32,000 nt of DNA from Chloroflexota bacterium (GTDB lineage: Bacteria > Chloroflexota > JAHJIN01). Location: the NCBI GenBank assembly GCA_018823415.1, contig JAHJIN010000418.1, positions 1-32,000 of the forward strand, given 5' to 3'. The notes under the pieces are model-generated. The model was given only the letters and a program-made list of their open reading frames with translations, searched no databases and was not told the origin of the DNA. Made by a program: the position numbers and the translations under genes. Positions 1 through 8,310 of this stretch are shown piece after piece (positions within the stretch are counted from its first letter, which is position 1; every line of letters starts with the position of its first letter).

Positions 1-5
1 CACCA

Positions 6-81
6 GCGGGTGTAACTCAGTTGGCAGAGTGTCTGCTTCCCAAGCAGAATGTCACGGGTTCGAGCCCCGTCACCCGCTCCA
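6..81 (+). tRNA. tRNA-Gly, anticodon CCC, 3' CCA encoded
   Basis: Full cloverleaf read by eye: acceptor GCGGGTG/CACCCGC, anticodon stem TCTGC/GCAGA with loop TTCCCAA, T arm ACGGG-TTCGAGC-CCCGT, then T+CCA. Confidence 0.95.
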
Positions 82-147
82 GATGACCAGTCGTGCCCCG
101 GCTTGAAGTATCCAGCCGGGGCCATTTTGCGCCCATCGGAGGAACCA

Positions 148-1626
148 ATGCCCAGTATCACTATCGTGGGGCTGGGGCCTGGCGACCCTGGCGCCCTCAC
201 TCAGGCCGCCCTGGATGTGCTCGCCGCTGCCTCAGAGCTCTACCTGCGCACCCGCCGTCACCCCACCGTCGCTGCATTGCCAGCCCACCTGACTTTGCAC
301 GACCTGGACGCGATCTACGAGTGCGAGCTCGATTTTGGCTCTGTTTATGCGGCCATGGCCCGCGACATCGTGCAACTGGGCGCGCGGCCCGAAGGCGTGA
401 TCTATGCGGTACCGGGTCATCCCCTCATCGGCGAAGAGTCGGTGCGGCGTATCCTGGTCGCCGCGCGCGAGCACACCATCCCAGTTCGCATCGTCGAGGG
501 CCTGAGCTTTGTAGATGCCGTATGCACCACGTTGGGATTGGACCCGCTGGACCGGGGCTTGCAACTGACCGACGCCACGCTTCTCGCGGCTCGCGAGGGG
601 CCGTTTGTCCCACCCCTGACGTTGGACCCTGGCACCCCGCTGCTGATCGCGCAACTATACAACCGCACCCTGGCCTCGGCCGTCAAGCTCGTGCTGATGG
701 AATTGTATCCAGACGATCACGCGGTTACCCTGGTCCAGGCGGCCGGCACTGTCCACCAGCGCGTGCATACCGCTCCGCTGTACGAACTCGACCATGATAG
801 CAGCGTCGAACATCTGGCGACTCTCTATGTGCCGCCCGTGCCGCCGCTGACCGACCTGCGGGCGTTTTCCGAGCTGCAAGGCATCGTTGCCCGGCTCCGT
901 GCACCCGACGGCTGCCCCTGGGACCGGCAGCAAACACATCAGACCCTGGCCCCGCATCTGCTCGAAGAAACCTACGAAACCCTGGCGGCCCTGGATACTG
1001 ACGACCCGGACAAGCTGTGCGAGGAACTGGGCGATCTGCTCTTGCAAATCCTGCTCCACGCCCAGATCGCCAACGAGGTCGGCGAGTTTACTTGGCCGGA
1101 TGTGGTGGCCGGCATCGCCGCCAAGCTGGTGCGCCGGCACCCGCACGTCTTTGGCCAGGTTGCCGTGCAGGGCGCTGATGAGGTTCTGGTCAACTGGGAA
1201 GCCATCAAGCGCCGCGAGCGGGCCGAGCAGGAGAGCCACGCCTCCATGCTGGACGGCGTTCCCCCCGCCATGCCGGCCCTGGCCTATGCGCAGACCATCC
1301 AGCGCCGGGTCGCGCGGGTGGGATTCGATTGGCCGGACATCACTGGGGCATGGGACAAGCTGGCAGAGGAACTGCGGGAACTGCGCACTGCCTCCGTGGC
1401 CGAGCGCGCGCACGAACTGGGAGATGTACTGTTCGCCGTGGTGAACCTGGCTCGCTGGCTGGACGTGGAGGCGGAAGACGCGTTGCGCCAGGCGAATACC
1501 CGGTTCCGCCAGCGGTTCGCGTACATCGAGCATACCTGTGCCGAGCAGGACGTACTCCCGGAGGATCTGTCGCTGGAGGAGTTGGACGCCATCTGGGAAC
1601 AGTCCAAACGGCGCGCCCCGGTCTGA
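148..1626 (+). CDS. mazG: Tetrapyrrole methylase domain fused to nucleoside triphosphate pyrophosphohydrolase MazG (YabN-like)
   Basis: N-terminal MPSITIVGLGPGDPGALT (TP_methylase). C-terminal two MazG-type regions (RLRAPDGCPWDRQQTHQTL, LLEETYETL, EELGDLLLQILLHAQ, ELGDVLFAVVNLARWL). GGAGG precedes ATG 148; the track start at 49 overlaps the tRNA and is rejected. Confidence 0.93.
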   Translation: MPSITIVGLGPGDPGALTQAALDVLAAASELYLRTRRHPTVAALPAHLTLHDLDAIYECELDFGSVYAAMARDIVQLGARPEGVIYAVPGHPLIGEESVRRILVAAREHTIPVRIVEGLSFVDAVCTTLGLDPLDRGLQLTDATLLAAREGPFVPPLTLDPGTPLLIAQLYNRTLASAVKLVLMELYPDDHAVTLVQAAGTVHQRVHTAPLYELDHDSSVEHLATLYVPPVPPLTDLRAFSELQGIVARLRAPDGCPWDRQQTHQTLAPHLLEETYETLAALDTDDPDKLCEELGDLLLQILLHAQIANEVGEFTWPDVVAGIAAKLVRRHPHVFGQVAVQGADEVLVNWEAIKRRERAEQESHASMLDGVPPAMPALAYAQTIQRRVARVGFDWPDITGAWDKLAEELRELRTASVAERAHELGDVLFAVVNLARWLDVEAEDALRQANTRFRQRFAYIEHTCAEQDVLPEDLSLEELDAIWEQSKRRAPV

Positions 1627-1643
1627 GCCTCTTCATGGGCATA

Positions 1644-1678
1644 ACCAAAGGCCACGAGATTTCCTCGTGGCCTTTGGT
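1644..1678. terminator. Perfect 15-bp inverted repeat after mazG, terminator-like hairpin without a long U tract
   Basis: ACCAAAGGCCACGAG-ATTTC-CTCGTGGCCTTTGGT between mazG and the convergent ferredoxin gene. Confidence 0.7.
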
Positions 1679-1704
1679 ATTTGAGTCGTGATATGTCTTG
1701 CTTG

Positions 1705-1875
1705 TTAGACCTGGATGATCGCCTCGTTGGGGCAAGCGTCAGCGCAAGTGCCGCAATCGGTGCACTTGGCCGGGTCGATCACGTAAATGGGATCGCCCTC
1801 GCTGATGGCTTCCTCTGGACACTCGTCAAGACAGATGCCACAGGCCAGACACTCGTCGGTAATCTTGTGGGGCAC
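1705..1875 (-). CDS. Small 2x[4Fe-4S] ferredoxin (56 aa), absent from the supplied ORF track
   Basis: Hand translation: (V/M)PHKITDECLACGICLDECPEEAISEGDPIYVIDPAKCTDCGTCADACPNEAIIQV*. Two CxxCxxCxxxCP motifs. GTG start preceded by GGAGG at 9-nt spacing. Confidence 0.92.
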   Translation of the reverse strand: MPHKITDECLACGICLDECPEEAISEGDPIYVIDPAKCTDCGTCADACPNEAIIQV

Positions 1876-1943
1876 GATTCAATACCTCCTACTGATGTGA
1901 TAATGTGATAACCGATGATCGGGTGATCATGGGTAAAGGTTGG

Positions 1944-2020
1944 TGGTCGGGGCGGGCGGACTCGAACCGCCGACCTCAGCGTCCCGAACGCTGCGCGCTA
2001 ACCGACTGCGCTACGCCCCG
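1944..2020 (-). tRNA. tRNA-Pro, anticodon CGG, CCA encoded
   Basis: Reverse complement CGGGGCGTAGCGCAGTCGGTTAGCGCGCAGCGTTCGGGACGCTGAGGTCGGCGGTTCGAGTCCGCCCGCCCCGACCA. Acceptor CGGGGCG/CGCCCCG, anticodon loop TTCGGGA. Confidence 0.95.
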
Positions 2021-2033
2021 TGCGGCGGGGCCT

Positions 2034-2062
2034 ATTATAACCCAAAGCCCAAGTTTTTACAA
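2034..2062 (-). promoter_or_regulatory. Putative sigma70-like promoter of tRNA-Pro (and possibly the ferredoxin)
   Basis: Minus strand TTGTAA-17 nt-TATAAT, ending 14 nt before the tRNA 5' end. Confidence 0.7.
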
Positions 2063-2083
2063 GGGTCTTTTTACCCCGGCCTA

Positions 2084-2112
2084 TTGACGCCGCGCGCGTT
2101 CGCCGGTATGAT
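2084..2112 (+). promoter_or_regulatory. Putative sigma70-like promoter
   Basis: TTGACG-17 nt-TATGAT upstream of the secreted protein ORF at 2206. Confidence 0.65.
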
Positions 2113-2205
2113 GCAGGCAAGAAGGAAGGTGGGGGATGGTCAAATCGTAGGGCAAATTGCCACGCAAAGCGTGCCCTACTAGAAAGCTGATGAGGAGGAG
2201 GCAAG

Positions 2206-3159
2206 ATGAAGACCAAGATCGTGAACCTAGTGCTTGTGATAGCTCTGCTATCGACTTGGAGCGGGATCGTGTCCGGCGCTGCCCCAGCGCGGCCGGACCA
2301 CCCGGCCCAGCAAGCTATTATCATCGACCATACCTGCACGGATTTGAGCCAGGTACCCGCTAACTGGATCAATCAGGCCAAAGCCCTGCTCCGGCTCTCG
2401 TATGGTCACACCTCTCATGGCAGCCAGCCGGTCAGCGGCATGGGAGTGCTTATGGACAACACACCGGATGGCCTGTATGATTTCAATACCAATGGCGCGA
2501 TCCAGACCGGCGTGCTGTCACTCGCCGATTATACGCCCGACGGCGACCTGGGAAACCCGGATCGGACCACATGGGAGTCCCGAACTCGCAGCTACCTGGC
2601 GGGTTCGGGCAGCGATCGCAACGTGGTCATCTGGTCGTGGTGCGGGCAGGTCAGCGATGCCACGCAGACGAACATCAACACGTATCTCGCTCTGATGAGT
2701 GGCCTCGAGGCAGACTATCCCGATGTCACGTTCGTCTACATGACCGGGCACCTGGATGGGTCTGGCACGAGTGGCAACCTGAACGTGCGCAACAACCAGA
2801 TTCGCGACTATTGCCGGACCAATGGCAAGGTGCTCTTTGACTTTGCCGACATTGAGAGCTATGACCCGGACGGCAGCGAGTTCATGACCCGATATGCCCT
2901 GGACTCGTGCTTTTACGATGGCAACGACAATGGCAATCCGTGGGACGACAGCACCAATTGGGCCACCGAATGGTGCGACGCGCACCCGGGGAATTCCCTG
3001 TGTGAGTGGTGCGATTGTCAACATTCCGAACCATTGAACTGCAACCGCAAGGCCCGGGCCTTCTGGTGGATGCTGGCCCGGCTGGCCGGGTGGCCTGGTC
3101 CCTCGGCGACGTATGATCACTATTTGTATCTGCCGCTGGTCGTGCGCCGGCCCAGTTAG
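2206..3159 (+). CDS. Secreted protein of unknown function, possibly SGNH-hydrolase-like, with C-terminal YLPL motif
   Basis: Signal peptide [38 protein letters not shown]. Conserved-looking [31 protein letters not shown] and [15 protein letters not shown]-terminus [12 protein letters not shown]. The family call is uncertain. Confidence 0.75.
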   Translation: MKTKIVNLVLVIALLSTWSGIVSGAAPARPDHPAQQAIIIDHTCTDLSQVPANWINQAKALLRLSYGHTSHGSQPVSGMGVLMDNTPDGLYDFNTNGAIQTGVLSLADYTPDGDLGNPDRTTWESRTRSYLAGSGSDRNVVIWSWCGQVSDATQTNINTYLALMSGLEADYPDVTFVYMTGHLDGSGTSGNLNVRNNQIRDYCRTNGKVLFDFADIESYDPDGSEFMTRYALDSCFYDGNDNGNPWDDSTNWATEWCDAHPGNSLCEWCDCQHSEPLNCNRKARAFWWMLARLAGWPGPSATYDHYLYLPLVVRRPS

Positions 3160-3845
3160 GCGCGCGTGAGGTGCCGAATCCCCTGTTCGCCCGCTGCGAT
3201 CACGTCCGTAGCCAGCCCCAGGAACAAGCCGTGCCCCACGATCCCGGCGCGGCCGTCTAGCTGCGTGGCCAGCCGGATCGGGTCGGCGATGGGGCCAAAA
3301 TGACAGTCCAGGATGAGGTTGCCCTGGTCCGTGCGAAAAGGTGTGCCATTGTTGACCTTGCGCAGCACCGGCCGAGCGCCCAGGGTTTCCAGATAGGCCA
3401 CCTGGGCACGCCAGCCAAATGTCACCACCTCCACCGGCACCGGCCAGTGCGTGCCCAGGACCGGCACCAGCTTGGATTCGTCCACCACGATGACCTCGCG
3501 GCGGCTGGCCTGAGCCACGATCTTTTCGCGCAGCAGCGCCCCGCCCCGACCTTTGATGAGATTCAGATGCGGATCGACCTCGTCGGCCCCGTCGATCGTG
3601 ATGTCAATGGCTCGACAATCATCGAGTTGGATCAGGGGAATGCCCAGCTCACGCGCCTCTTCTTCTACGTGCACAGAGCATGGCACGCCGCGTATGTCAA
3701 GCAAGCGACCATCGTGGAGCAGGCGAGCCAGGTGGCGCAGCACATACATGGCCGTGCTGCCGTGGCCCAGGCCCACTACCATGCCCGACTCTACCAGGGC
3801 GGCGGCCCGCTCGGCGGCTTGTTGCTTGAGTGTCTGGGCGTTCAT
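3156..3845 (-). CDS. rpiA: Ribose-5-phosphate isomerase A
   Basis: [51 protein letters not shown] and [15 protein letters not shown] upstream of ATG at 3845. Confidence 0.95.
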   Translation of the reverse strand: MNAQTLKQQAAERAAALVESGMVVGLGHGSTAMYVLRHLARLLHDGRLLDIRGVPCSVHVEEEARELGIPLIQLDDCRAIDITIDGADEVDPHLNLIKGRGGALLREKIVAQASRREVIVVDESKLVPVLGTHWPVPVEVVTFGWRAQVAYLETLGARPVLRKVNNGTPFRTDQGNLILDCHFGPIADPIRLATQLDGRAGIVGHGLFLGLATDVIAAGEQGIRHLTRA

Positions 3846-5536
3846 GACAGCGCCTCCGTCAATCGATGCAGCGCGCCCGGCGCATCGGCCCCCAGGTGAA
3901 AGCAAATCACGCGCCGGCCAGCGTCTTGGAGCGCCTGCCGGTCGCCGGCGGCCTGCGCGGCCTCCAGCACGCCAAAGGTGATGGCGGATTCCGGCGAGCC
4001 GGCGGTGGTGGGGATGGGCGCGTCGCGTGGGGCGTCGGCGGTGAACTGGACAAAGAAGCCAAGGCCGGCGTCGCCTTTGTGCAGTTGACCGGTCGAATGC
4101 AAAAAGCGCGGCCCATAGCCCACGGTGGTCGCCAGCTTGTAGTCGTCGCGCAGCCGGGTGCGCAGCGCGAGCAGCGCGGCATCCGTCTCGGGGGTGGGCT
4201 GGACATAGGCTTGTAGCGCGATGTAGCCCCGCTCCGCGTCGGTCGCGGGGGCACCAGTCCGGGCCGGGGCCAGGAACTCGCGCAGCGCGGCGCCCGTGAG
4301 TGGGGCGGCCTCGCCCGGCGGCAGCGCGCCGGTCTGCTCGTATGCCGCCACCATGTTGCGGGCGCGGACTTTGGCGCTTTCGACGTTGGGCTGGTCAAAG
4401 GGATTGACCCCTAGGCGCTGGCCGGCCACGGCCGTGGCCATGCCCCACAAAAAGAACTGACCGCCCAGGTCGTAGGTATCGTGCAAGGCCAGGCGCACCA
4501 CCGGGTACCCGGCCTCGACGAGGGCCTGGATCGCCGCACTGTGCGCCGCATCATGCGCCGCGTCGCCGTCCAGCCGCAGGTGGACAAAGAGCCGGTCGTC
4601 GCCATAGACCACTGGCGGTCCCAGCGGCTCGCCCACCACCGGCACGATACCGGTGCCTTGCTTGCCGGTGCTTTCGGCGACGAGTTGTTCCACCCAGTCG
4701 CCAAAACTGGCGATGGCCGGCGAGGCCACCAGGGTCATCTTGTTACGACCGGCCCGGGCCAGCTCGCCCAGGATGAGGCCCAATTGCGCCCCGGGGTTGT
4801 CTGCCAGAGGCACATCTGGCCCGCAGGCGGCCATCATCCCCTGAGCGCGATTCAGCAGACGGCGCACGTCCAGCCCCAGCAGCGCCGCCGGCGCCAGCCC
4901 AAAATACGAGAGCACAGAAAAGCGGCCGCCGACGTTGGGGTCGTTGAGCAATGTATCGCGAAAGCCAAGCTGTTCGGCCAGGTCGGCCAGTTTGCTGCCC
5001 GGGTCGGTGGTGGCGATGAAATGCGCTCCGGCCTGGTCAGCACCCAGGGCCTGGACCGTCCAGTTGTAAAAGAACTTGAAGAAGGACAGCGTTTCCACCG
5101 TGGTGCCCGACTTGGTCGAGACGATGAACAGGGTGCGGGCCGGGTCCAGCCGGTCGGCATAGGCCAGCACCGCGCCGGGGTCGGTGCTATCCAGTACGGC
5201 CAACCGGGGATGGCCCGGTTGCGCGCCAAACACGATGCTGAACACCTCGGGTGCCAGGCTGGAACCACCCATGCCCAGGAGTAGCACGTCCGTATAGCCG
5301 GCGGCGCGCACCGCCTGGAACAACGCGTCCAGCCGGGGCACATGCGCGGTCATGTTCTCGGCGGCGTGCAGCCAACCCAGCCGGTTGGCGATCTGGGCCG
5401 GGTCCGGGTGCCACACCGTGTGGTCGTGGCTCCAGATGCGGGGCACGATACGCCGGTCAGTCAGGTCACGCTGGGCGACGTCTAGCGCAGACTGATAGGG
5501 GCCAAGATGAGCCGTCAGATAAAGCGGTGTGGACAT
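3842..5536 (-). CDS. pgi: Glucose-6-phosphate isomerase, Pgi portion resembling the C-terminal half of bifunctional transaldolase/Pgi proteins
   Basis: [60 protein letters not shown] and [15 protein letters not shown] at 5536. 4-nt overlap with rpiA. Confidence 0.87.
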   Translation of the reverse strand: MSTPLYLTAHLGPYQSALDVAQRDLTDRRIVPRIWSHDHTVWHPDPAQIANRLGWLHAAENMTAHVPRLDALFQAVRAAGYTDVLLLGMGGSSLAPEVFSIVFGAQPGHPRLAVLDSTDPGAVLAYADRLDPARTLFIVSTKSGTTVETLSFFKFFYNWTVQALGADQAGAHFIATTDPGSKLADLAEQLGFRDTLLNDPNVGGRFSVLSYFGLAPAALLGLDVRRLLNRAQGMMAACGPDVPLADNPGAQLGLILGELARAGRNKMTLVASPAIASFGDWVEQLVAESTGKQGTGIVPVVGEPLGPPVVYGDDRLFVHLRLDGDAAHDAAHSAAIQALVEAGYPVVRLALHDTYDLGGQFFLWGMATAVAGQRLGVNPFDQPNVESAKVRARNMVAAYEQTGALPPGEAAPLTGAALREFLAPARTGAPATDAERGYIALQAYVQPTPETDAALLALRTRLRDDYKLATTVGYGPRFLHSTGQLHKGDAGLGFFVQFTADAPRDAPIPTTAGSPESAITFGVLEAAQAAGDRQALQDAGRRVICFHLGADAPGALHRLTEALS

Positions 5537-5748
5537 GGTCAAAACCTCCCCTGGCAACGGGCTGATGAGCGCCGGATGTATTATACCTGATCCGCCACGT
5601 CCGTACAATACGATGTTTGCGCGTAGGGGAATCGTAGGGTAGTCGTAGGTTTGGTGTAGGGCAAGCGCCCAGCACTCGACCAGCGGTTTGTGCCCCGGTA
5701 CGGTATGATATGCGTGCAGTGAACAACTGCTCCTCTCCTCCTTTGCAA

Positions 5749-5784
5749 GAGAGCACGGACGAGCCGGCACTCGTCCGTGCTCTC
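5749..5784. other. Perfect 15-bp hairpin in a divergent intergenic region
   Basis: GAGAGCACGGACGAG-CCGGCA-CTCGTCCGTGCTCTC between pgi (minus) and fhs (plus). Confidence 0.75.
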
Positions 5785-5875
5785 ATTGGTTAAGCCCGCT
5801 CTAGCCCCGGGCGAGGAAAATGGGCTTGACAACCCCTACCGGCTATGGTAAGATTTGCCCGTGGTAGGCGATTCT

Positions 5876-5893
5876 TTGTGAAAAAGCGCACAA
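5876..5893. promoter_or_regulatory. Candidate Crp/Fnr-family operator
   Basis: TTGTGAAAAAGCGCACAA: inner TGTGA-N6-GCACA is one mismatch from TGTGA-N6-TCACA. It lies 110 nt upstream of the fhs start. Confidence 0.35.
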
Positions 5894-6003
5894 TTGCAAA
5901 CCCTTCTCCATCTTGTCCCCCACATGTCTATACTGGCATAGCCTGTTTACAAGGATGTAACAACCTGGCCCATAGTAATCACAATACAAGGAGGTAGTCG
6001 ATC

Positions 6004-7764
6004 ATGCCAGCAGTACCCAGCGATATCGAAATCGCACAGGCAGCAACACTCAAACCCATCATTCAGGTGGCCCAGGCATTGGGATTGACCGAGGACGATC
6101 TGGATTATTTTGGCAAATGGAAGGCCAAAGTACATCTAGACGTCCTCGATCAGTTAAAGAGCCGCCCCAATGCCAAGTACATCGACGTGACAGCTATCAC
6201 GCCCACTCCCCTGGGGGAGGGCAAGACCGTTACCACCATTGGCCTTTCACAGGGCCTGGGTTACATCGGCAAGAACGTCTTTACCTGCATCCGCCAGCCG
6301 TCCATGGGACCCACCTTCGGCATCAAGGGCGGCGCCGCCGGCGGCGGCTATGCCCAAGTGGTGCCGATGGAGGACTTTAACCTGCATCTCACCGGTGACA
6401 TCCACGCCGTGGGCATCGCTCACAACCTGCTGGCAGCCGCCATCGACGCCCGCATCATGTTCGAGGATCGATACTCCGACCAGCGGCTACAGAAGGTTGC
6501 CCCAGAGATCCGTCGCCTGAACATCGATCCCTACGGGATCATGTGGAATCGCGTGGTGGACGTGAACGACTCGGCTGTCCGCAACGTCATTATCGGCCTG
6601 GGCACCAAGAACGACGGTCGCCCGCGCCAGACCGGCTATGACATCACCGTGGCATCCGAGATCATGGCCATCCTGGCCCTCACCGACGGCTACAAGGGCC
6701 TGCGTGACCTGCGCGAGCGCCTGGGCCGCATCGTCTGGGGCACCGACAAGAGCGGCAACCCCCTCACCGCCGAGGATCTGAAGGTGGCCGGGGCCATGAC
6801 CGTCCTGATGCGGGATGCGCTCATGCCCAACCTGATGCAGACCCTGGCCGGCACCCCGGCCTTTGTCCACGCCGGCCCCTTTGCCAACATCGCCCAGGGC
6901 AACTCATCTATCATCGCCGACCAGATCGCCCTCAAGCTGGCGGATTACGTGGTTACGGAGAGCGGCTTTGGTGCCGACTGTGGCATGGAAAAGTTTATGG
7001 ACATCAAGTGCCGCGCCAGTGGCCTCAAGCCAAACTGTGTGGTCCTGGTAGCCACCGTCCGCGCGCTCAAGATGCACGGCGGCGGCCCCAACGTGGCCCC
7101 AGGCAAGCCCCTGGACAAAGCCTATACCGAAGAAAACCTCGAGCTGCTCAAGGCCGGCCTGCCCAACCTGGTCCAGCACATCGAAAACGCCCGCAAGTTT
7201 GGCGTGCCGGTGGTGGTGGCCGTGAATCGCTTTACCTCGGACACCGAAGCCGAGATCGAGTTGATCCGCAAGGCCGCAATCAAGGCCGGGGCCGAGGACG
7301 CCGTGATGAGCGATGTCTGGGCCAATGGCGGCGCCGGCGGGGCCGATCTGGCTCGCGCGGTGGTGGCGGCCTGCGAAAAGCCGTCCGATTTCCGGCTCTT
7401 GTATCCCGACGACATGTCCATCAAGGACAAGATCGAGACCATCGCGCGCGAGATCTATCGCGCCGACGGGGTGGAATATTCGCCCGAGGCCGAGGACAAG
7501 ATCAAACTCTTTACCAAGTATGGCTTTGACAAGCTGCCTCTGTGCATGGCCAAGACGCACCTGTCGTTCACCCACAACCCAATGCTCAAAGGCACACCCC
7601 GCGGCTGGACCCTGCCCATCCGCGACATTCGAGCCAGCGTGGGGGCCGGGTTCCTTTTCCCACTGTGCGGCACCATGCGCACCATGCCCGGCCTGCCCAG
7701 CCGCCCGGTTTTCGTGGACATCGACATCGATCTGGAAACCGGGAAGGTGAAAGGCCTCTCCTAG
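6004..7764 (+). CDS. fhs: Formate--tetrahydrofolate ligase
   Basis: [54 protein letters not shown] and [11 protein letters not shown]-like C-terminus ([12 protein letters not shown]). SD GGAGG. Confidence 0.98.
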   Translation: MPAVPSDIEIAQAATLKPIIQVAQALGLTEDDLDYFGKWKAKVHLDVLDQLKSRPNAKYIDVTAITPTPLGEGKTVTTIGLSQGLGYIGKNVFTCIRQPSMGPTFGIKGGAAGGGYAQVVPMEDFNLHLTGDIHAVGIAHNLLAAAIDARIMFEDRYSDQRLQKVAPEIRRLNIDPYGIMWNRVVDVNDSAVRNVIIGLGTKNDGRPRQTGYDITVASEIMAILALTDGYKGLRDLRERLGRIVWGTDKSGNPLTAEDLKVAGAMTVLMRDALMPNLMQTLAGTPAFVHAGPFANIAQGNSSIIADQIALKLADYVVTESGFGADCGMEKFMDIKCRASGLKPNCVVLVATVRALKMHGGGPNVAPGKPLDKAYTEENLELLKAGLPNLVQHIENARKFGVPVVVAVNRFTSDTEAEIELIRKAAIKAGAEDAVMSDVWANGGAGGADLARAVVAACEKPSDFRLLYPDDMSIKDKIETIAREIYRADGVEYSPEAEDKIKLFTKYGFDKLPLCMAKTHLSFTHNPMLKGTPRGWTLPIRDIRASVGAGFLFPLCGTMRTMPGLPSRPVFVDIDIDLETGKVKGLS

Positions 7765-7808
7765 CCAGGAGACTTCCCCAACACCACCCTTATGTGAGGA
7801 ATTGCGAG

Positions 7809-7846
7809 AACCGCAGGGGAGGGGCTTTTGGGCTTCCCCTGCGGTT
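7809..7846 (+). terminator. Hairpin after fhs (partial terminator, attenuator or processing site)
   Basis: AACCGCAGGGGA ... TCCCCTGCGGTT, 12 bp perfect, no strong U tract. Confidence 0.6.
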
Positions 7847-7943
7847 TCACAAGCAGATAACTACAAAAAGCTGGTTGCTGGAAGCTGGCTCTTGCCAGTT
7901 GGCAACCAGCACCAAGTAACCATCAACTAGCAAGGAGGCACGA

Positions 7944-8276
7944 ATGGAATCAGTAACCCTACAGGTTCCCGCATTGTGGGCCGACCATCATACCCTGGTC
8001 GTCCATGCGCTCTTGGCGGGGATGGCTGGCGTCGATGATGTGTACGCCAGTGCCAAAAACAAGCAGGTTACACTCGCCTATGATCCGGGGCAAATCGATC
8101 TCGCTGCTATTGAGAAAGCCCTGGCCCAGGCCGGCTATCCGGTCGGCGCAACGGCCCAAGTCGTAGAACAAGGGTTTGTGTGGCGCAAGGCCAGCGAGTG
8201 GGCCGTCGTCGCGGACCGAGTTACCGAAACTGCCCTGGTCGATCTGCAAATGTCAGGCGACCACCGCAAATACTAG
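7944..8276 (+). CDS. Small protein with HMA-like fold signature lacking the CXXC metal-binding motif
   Basis: HALLAGMAGVDDVYASAKNKQVTLAYDPGQIDLAAIEKALAQAGYPVG follows the HMA pattern. The usual GMTCxxC region reads ALWADHH. AAGGAGG precedes the start. Confidence 0.8.
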   Translation: MESVTLQVPALWADHHTLVVHALLAGMAGVDDVYASAKNKQVTLAYDPGQIDLAAIEKALAQAGYPVGATAQVVEQGFVWRKASEWAVVADRVTETALVDLQMSGDHRKY

Positions 8277-8310
8277 ACTTCCCATTGGGACTAGAGCACA
8301 GGAGATAGAC

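Noticed and set aside
49-147. N-terminal extension of the mazG ORF in the supplied track
   Set aside because: It reads through the tRNA-Gly. A better ATG with GGAGG lies at 148 and matches the TP_methylase N-terminus.
2084-2112. Considered as evidence that tRNA-Pro and the 2206 gene share one regulatory element
   Set aside because: The minus promoter (2034-2062) and plus promoter (2084-2112) are separate and back-to-back, an ordinary divergent arrangement.
1905-2182. Short plus-strand ORFs 1905..2087 and 1940..2182
   Set aside because: They span the antisense of tRNA-Pro ([21 protein letters not shown] is a common spurious tRNA-antisense peptide) and its promoter.
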